Part shown: positions 59,090 to 64,000 of the stretch, in pieces
How positions within the stretch are numbered: the stretch's first letter is position 1
How the letters are laid out: each line of letters starts with the position of its first letter
Virus record (IMG/VR): IMGVR_UViG_3300037231_000119
Coordinates: 1 to 64,000 of that record
DNA: 64,000 nucleotides
Direction: 5' to 3' (one strand)
Source: a virus
Made by a program: the position numbers and the translations under genes
The notes under the pieces: generated by a model
Seen by the model: the letters and a program-made list of their open reading frames with translations, nothing else
Databases searched by the model: none
What the model was told of the DNA's origin: nothing

Positions 59090-62000
59090 TTACTCCTGCC
59101 AGGTTATGATCATATTTCCAGGATTGCCAGGGGATCCCGCTCCACCATTTCCACCCGCTGAACCCGTACTCGCAAGACTTCCCCCGCCGCCGCCACCGCC
59201 GCCACCAATTCCACCTTCGCCCGCATTGACTACGACGGAGGCCTGGCTTGCAGCGCTTATTCCTGCTGCTCCAGAAGCCCCGCCATTTCCACCCTTTCCA
59301 CCAATGGATAGTGTGACATTGCCAGCAAGATAGTCGGTACCACTGGACGGTGCGCCCGCTCCACCTCCTCCACCTCCCAAAGATCCGCCGCCCGTTGAAG
59401 CGGCTGGGTTTCCACCGCTGATTGCAAAAGGAGAGTTCCTTTGCGTAATGTTATTGGGAAGGATTCCCGCCGCATTTGTTAGGCCGCCAGCTCCACTTAC
59501 CGCCCCATTTCCGCCATATAAACCAGGTCTAGAACCCGCTGCTGCACCTATAGTCGATAGGGAACCTCCTCCTCCACCAAATCCCTCAACTGTACCGACC
59601 CAGGTATACGTATTCCCAGAAATAGCAAAAGTCGTATTGCCTCCCTGTCCACCAATAGTTCCAACGGTACCCGTAGCACCGGCCGCATTAGCCACGGCTC
59701 CAGCGCCACCCGCTCCACTGGTTCCGGCAGCTCCGATGGTAATAGTCGCGGTTGCACCAGGAACAACCGTGAGCGTAACCGGAGTGGATATTGCCGAGGG
59801 CGCGCTCCCCCCGCCGCCGCCCCCAGCAGCACCTGCCGCTGTTGATCCACCACCTCCTCCACCTCCTCCCGATCCTCCACCTGTACCGCCCCGCCCCGTC
59901 GCTGTGATGTTCGTAACTCCAGCAGGTATAATAAAAGAACCACTTGAAGCAAAAGATGCACTTGCTAGGTTGGACGAAGCTGAAACTTTCCACCAGTTCG
60001 TCCCATCGCTTTGGAACGCATAATTCCCGTAATTCGCATAAAGCTTTACTGGGATGGTAGATGCTTGGCCCTCTATTGTTTCCGTTCCAAATGGCGCAAC
60101 GGTCAATTGATTGGTCCCCAATGCCCCACCAACATCCTTAATGCGGAATATTTGTCCAGTTGTGGTCGTAGGATTTGGGAGAGTAACAGTGAATGCTCCA
60201 CCAGACGTATTTACGAAGACCGTTGCATTAGTTGCCGTAATAGCATAAGCGGAAGTTTTTGTAGAAACTAAAGCTGACTGTCCAGTTCCACCATTAGAGA
60301 ATGCAACGACACCAGTTACATTAGATGCGGTCCCGGTTATAGATCCGCTGGGAATAACATAATCGGTACCAGCGATGGCAGCACTAATCGCCGTGCCATT
60401 GCCCTTCAGTATACCTGTGATAGAGGTCGATAAAGTAATCGCAGGCGTGGTTGTAGAAGTGGCAACAGTTCCCGTAAATCCATTTGCGGATACCACTGAA
60501 ACGGAAGTAACTGTTCCGGAAGTAGCGGGAGCGGCCCAAACAGGAACTCCACCAGAAACTGTTAAAACATTACCTGTAGATCCGATAGGAAGTCTAGCAG
60601 CCGTAGGAGTTGAATTCTCATAAACTAAATCACCAACCGTAGTCATCGGGCTTAAGGCATCAAAAGCCGCATTGGGCGTTGTTTGACCAGTTCCTCCGGT
60701 TGCAATTGGTAAAACTCCCGACACTGCTGTCGTAAGAGAAATAGCTGCGGCCACTACATTCTTGCTTGCATCAAGCTGAAGAGGTAGTGACGCGGTAAGA
60801 GTAGGCAATACAATAGTTCCACCAAAAGAACTGGGGGCTGTACCGCTCTGGTTAATGAAATAATTTCCAGAATAGGTGACATTATCAGATATGAAAGCAG
60901 TATTTGTTCCTCCAGAGAGGGCTCCGAACTGGATAAGATTCTTATATCCAGTGATCGCTGTGGAATCGGCTGTAAATAGTAATGCCGCATAATCAAACGC
61001 TAGAGTCCCAGTTCCAGTGAGCGTCACCGGCTGGGCAAGGATACTAGCTATTTGCTGACCCGTATTTGTATTTGTATAAGTTGAACCTGACGGAACATTA
61101 AAAGATAATTGCGTGTGAATACATCCAATGGATCCGGTATCGGACGTAGTAGCTGTAATTGCTCTTACCAATGAAATCTTGCTTCCAATAAAACTCTGGG
61201 TGTTAGTTGTATTGCCCGAAATAGTAAGGCTGCTATTTAGACCAAAATAAGCTCCACCCGTCAAAGGCGACGCAAGCGCGGATTTCAGGGTGATCGTTTC
61301 CGTTCCAGCACCTATTGGCACGTTAGTTCCGATACGAAGTGCGATATTGGTGTTATCCCAGAAGAAGTTCGCATTGTTTTGAGTGAGGGCTGTCCCATTA
61401 GAGAAAATAACAGAACCCGCCGTTAAGGCAGAGCTGTTACCTGTACCACCATTACTTATACCTAGAGTTCCGGTAGTCTGGGTAAGAGGAAGGCTCAAAG
61501 CTGATAAGGTAACCAATGTACTATTTGTTGTGGTAGTTATGTCAGACGCAGTTCCCGTAGTATTCTGATTTAATATTGGTATATCACCAGAAACAAGTAA
61601 TCTAAAGGTGGGTTCTGCGGATCTTCCCCCTACAGGTCCTGCGAATACTGAGTGCTGGTTTTGATCATCAAGGGCAAAATTTAATGTACCGGAATTAGTT
61701 ACCGGACTGCCGGTGATAGTATAGATGGGGAGAGCACTTATATCTGCAAGGGCAACAGAAGTTACCGTTCCACTTCCTGGAGCTGCAGGTGTAACCCATG
61801 CAGGAATACCTCCAGAAACAGTCAATACTTGACCAGTAGAACCAACGACTAATCGGACATTGTGCGTACCGTCATAATAAAGCGTGTCGCCAGCGGTAGT
61901 CAGGGGAGAAAGAGCGTCAAAAGCGGAAGTTTGCGTAGTTTGACCTGTGCCACCATTTGCAATTGCGATCGCTGTTCCATTCCAAACACCAGAAGTAATC

Positions 62001-63211
62001 GTACCAACACCAGTCAGGCTAGAACCTATAACTGTACTATTCAGGGTAGTACCAGAAAGTGTTCCAGCAGGAGCAACTACCACATTGCCACTCGCAGCGG
62101 TAATAAGGCCCTTAGCATTAACCGTGAAAGAAGGGATAGATGTACTAGAACCGAAGGGTCCAACATTGGAGTTGACAGTGGCAAGCGTAAGAGCCGCAGA
62201 TCCAGGACCTGAAGCAGTACCATCACCCGTAAGAGCTGTAATGTAGCTACCTGCTGCTTGTTTTCCATTGAAGGTTGTGAAGTTGGCACTCGTTAAGTAT
62301 CCATTCTGGCTGGCAGATGCTGCGGCTTGAGCAATAGTTACTGGGCTTGCGCCTATAACCGCTCCAGTACCGTTGGTGATAGTGATGCCGTCAGTTCCAG
62401 CATCTGTAAGGTTGGTGATTGATAGGGCTGCTTGCTTGCCGTTAAAGGTGTTCCAGTCAGTTGAAGAAAGATACCCATCTTCAGATGTAGTGGCTTGCTG
62501 GACCGTGATATTTGGAGTAGATCCCCCAGAACTAAACAAGGGGCTTGTGGCAGTTACACTCGTAACACTAGAGCCGCCTATGGTATTGATTTGTCCCTGT
62601 ATTTTTTCAAAAGCTCCCAATACGGAGTCTGTGGCCGCAACCGGCGTATCTGCCCCCACAGCATAACCCGTCAATAACTTACCAGTAACTACAGAAGAAG
62701 TGATCGAAGTAGCTGACTGAGTCCCCGTTACATCACCTGACAGGGATCCAGTAAAAGAAGATGAAGAGCCTGATACATTTCCGGTAATATTCGCAGTAAT
62801 TATTCCCGCTGAAAAATTTCCACTTGAATCTCTTTCTACTAAGCTGCTAGCCGTATCACTTGAAGTAGCGTTACTAACTTTCGTAGCAGCTGTATTGAAA
62901 GTTGACCAATCGGTAGCACTAAGGTATCCATCAACTGAAACAGTTGCCTCTGGGATAGATATATTACTCAAACTTTCTTGAAGAGGTGCTGATACTGTTA
63001 GTCCGCTTCCATCGGCCAATAGTTGCCAATAGGTAGTATTTGTAGGTAAATTTCCGGTAGTGGTTTGTATGGCTATGTAACTATTCCCCAGATAACTTAC
63101 GGAATTTCCCACGGTATATGTTGTGGCTGGATTGTAAGCGCCCATTGGAACTATATTACCAAAATTAATAATTACGGGAGTGTCTAAGAGCTTGACTATA
63201 TTAACGGACAT
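59090..63211 (-). CDS. tail fibre protein (CBM5/12-like N-terminus, repeats, Gly-rich C-terminus)
   Basis: YNPATTYTVGNSVSYLGNSY; GYLS.TDW.TFN and IANGGTG repeats. Confidence 0.85.
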   Translation of the reverse strand: MSVNIVKLLDTPVIINFGNIVPMGAYNPATTYTVGNSVSYLGNSYIAIQTTTGNLPTNTTYWQLLADGSGLTVSAPLQESLSNISIPEATVSVDGYLSATDWSTFNTAATKVSNATSSDTASSLVERDSSGNFSAGIITANITGNVSGSSSSFTGSLSGDVTGTQSATSITSSVVTGKLLTGYAVGADTPVAATDSVLGAFEKIQGQINTIGGSSVTSVTATSPLFSSGGSTPNITVQQATTSEDGYLSSTDWNTFNGKQAALSITNLTDAGTDGITITNGTGAVIGASPVTIAQAAASASQNGYLTSANFTTFNGKQAAGSYITALTGDGTASGPGSAALTLATVNSNVGPFGSSTSIPSFTVNAKGLITAASGNVVVAPAGTLSGTTLNSTVIGSSLTGVGTITSGVWNGTAIAIANGGTGQTTQTSAFDALSPLTTAGDTLYYDGTHNVRLVVGSTGQVLTVSGGIPAWVTPAAPGSGTVTSVALADISALPIYTITGSPVTNSGTLNFALDDQNQHSVFAGPVGGRSAEPTFRLLVSGDIPILNQNTTGTASDITTTTNSTLVTLSALSLPLTQTTGTLGISNGGTGNSSALTAGSVIFSNGTALTQNNANFFWDNTNIALRIGTNVPIGAGTETITLKSALASPLTGGAYFGLNSSLTISGNTTNTQSFIGSKISLVRAITATTSDTGSIGCIHTQLSFNVPSGSTYTNTNTGQQIASILAQPVTLTGTGTLAFDYAALLFTADSTAITGYKNLIQFGALSGGTNTAFISDNVTYSGNYFINQSGTAPSSFGGTIVLPTLTASLPLQLDASKNVVAAAISLTTAVSGVLPIATGGTGQTTPNAAFDALSPMTTVGDLVYENSTPTAARLPIGSTGNVLTVSGGVPVWAAPATSGTVTSVSVVSANGFTGTVATSTTTPAITLSTSITGILKGNGTAISAAIAGTDYVIPSGSITGTASNVTGVVAFSNGGTGQSALVSTKTSAYAITATNATVFVNTSGGAFTVTLPNPTTTTGQIFRIKDVGGALGTNQLTVAPFGTETIEGQASTIPVKLYANYGNYAFQSDGTNWWKVSASSNLASASFASSGSFIIPAGVTNITATGRGGTGGGSGGGGGGGGSTAAGAAGGGGGGSAPSAISTPVTLTVVPGATATITIGAAGTSGAGGAGAVANAAGATGTVGTIGGQGGNTTFAISGNTYTWVGTVEGFGGGGGSLSTIGAAAGSRPGLYGGNGAVSGAGGLTNAAGILPNNITQRNSPFAISGGNPAASTGGGSLGGGGGGAGAPSSGTDYLAGNVTLSIGGKGGNGGASGAAGISAASQASVVVNAGEGGIGGGGGGGGGSLASTGSAGGNGGAGSPGNPGNMIITWQE

Positions 63212-63921
63212 TATGAATACCCCAATGAAGTTCTATTGTTCCATATATTTGTAAAACTAGCAGATCCATTTGCATACAAAACGCTTGTCATTTCTGAAAT
63301 TTCGACGATTTTAATTATTTGCCATACTGCCGCGCTTGCAACAGATCCAGGGAGTGCTTCCCCCACATAAGTGGTATTGGGAACCGAACTGTCTATTAAA
63401 TAGATGTAATTTGGACCGGGAGCGACGTTGACTGATCCATCTGGATTGACGACCATAGTATTGCCGCCCTCGACGATCGACACGTCTCCTATAGATACAG
63501 TCCCGTCAAAAGTTATGGGGAGGGGGTTCGAATTGCTATAGCCATTACCATACGGATCTACGGGACGAACTCTCCAGGCATCGATAGGATCGGTTTCGTA
63601 GGTAGCCTGAAGTCGGGCCTCCGTTGGGACAGTTGATTTATTTTGCATTTCAGCCGAGATGCGAGAGCCAGAAGTAACAGTGAACGCACTTAGGTCCACA
63701 TTGTGATCTGCACCACCTTTGGTGAGACCAACCCAAAGAGTATTTTTATCCACCACTCTTTTAACATAAACTGTGAGCTGGATAGGCGTATTATTTACGA
63801 GGGTGGCCTGCATACTAAAGAAAAAACCTGCAGTATCAGTAACTTGGAGTACGCCTTCGGTGGTACCATCAGATATGAGTAATACTGGAGGGACTGCATC
63901 CCATTGCCGCTCGTTAGCCAT
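63211..63921 (-). CDS. virion structural protein
   Basis: C-terminal YVGEA.PG....AVWQI.KI...WNNR..L.Y; late motif upstream. Confidence 0.7.
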   Translation of the reverse strand: MANERQWDAVPPVLLISDGTTEGVLQVTDTAGFFFSMQATLVNNTPIQLTVYVKRVVDKNTLWVGLTKGGADHNVDLSAFTVTSGSRISAEMQNKSTVPTEARLQATYETDPIDAWRVRPVDPYGNGYSNSNPLPITFDGTVSIGDVSIVEGGNTMVVNPDGSVNVAPGPNYIYLIDSSVPNTTYVGEALPGSVASAAVWQIIKIVEISEMTSVLYANGSASFTNIWNNRTSLGYS

Positions 63922-64000
63922 AAAACCATTTCCATGCCCATAAAACGATCAACCATATGATCGAGTTACAGTAAAGATTGGCTAATTTTAGGTAACGGGA

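Noticed and set aside
59090-63211. Diversity-generating retroelement target in the tail fibre
   Set aside because: No reverse transcriptase or TR/VR pair seen

Overview
A 64-kb segment of a large contractile-tailed (myovirus-like) bacteriophage in standard genetic code, most likely infecting a Gram-negative host (host is an inference). It opens inside a CRISPR-like array: 11 x 28-bp repeats and 10 x 32-bp spacers, no cas gene in the window. The repeat lacks a strong hairpin and instead carries an in-frame stop, a Shine-Dalgarno and an ATG, so each unit reads as a micro-ORF. Next come a minus-strand tail/baseplate module (1.3-21 kb, including a 2616-aa baseplate-J-like protein with two DUF3494 ice-binding-like domains) and metabolic/accessory genes (PagL-like barrel, dUTPase, metallophosphoesterase, class II-like RNR, HNH, a third DUF3494 protein). 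A 16.6-kb block bounded by ~190-bp direct repeats holds a tyrosine recombinase, tRNA-like/structured RNAs, a PD-(D/E)XK nuclease, a non-coding switch region and an early-gene-like island. That island has six sigma54-type promoters with phased enhancer sites, a recurring AAGTGAATTTT motif, a T3-like SAM lyase and a solo HicA. The window ends with lysis-like genes, an NlpC/P60 amidase and tail-fibre genes. A CAATCTTA motif marks putative late promoters. All calls are by eye; no database search was run.
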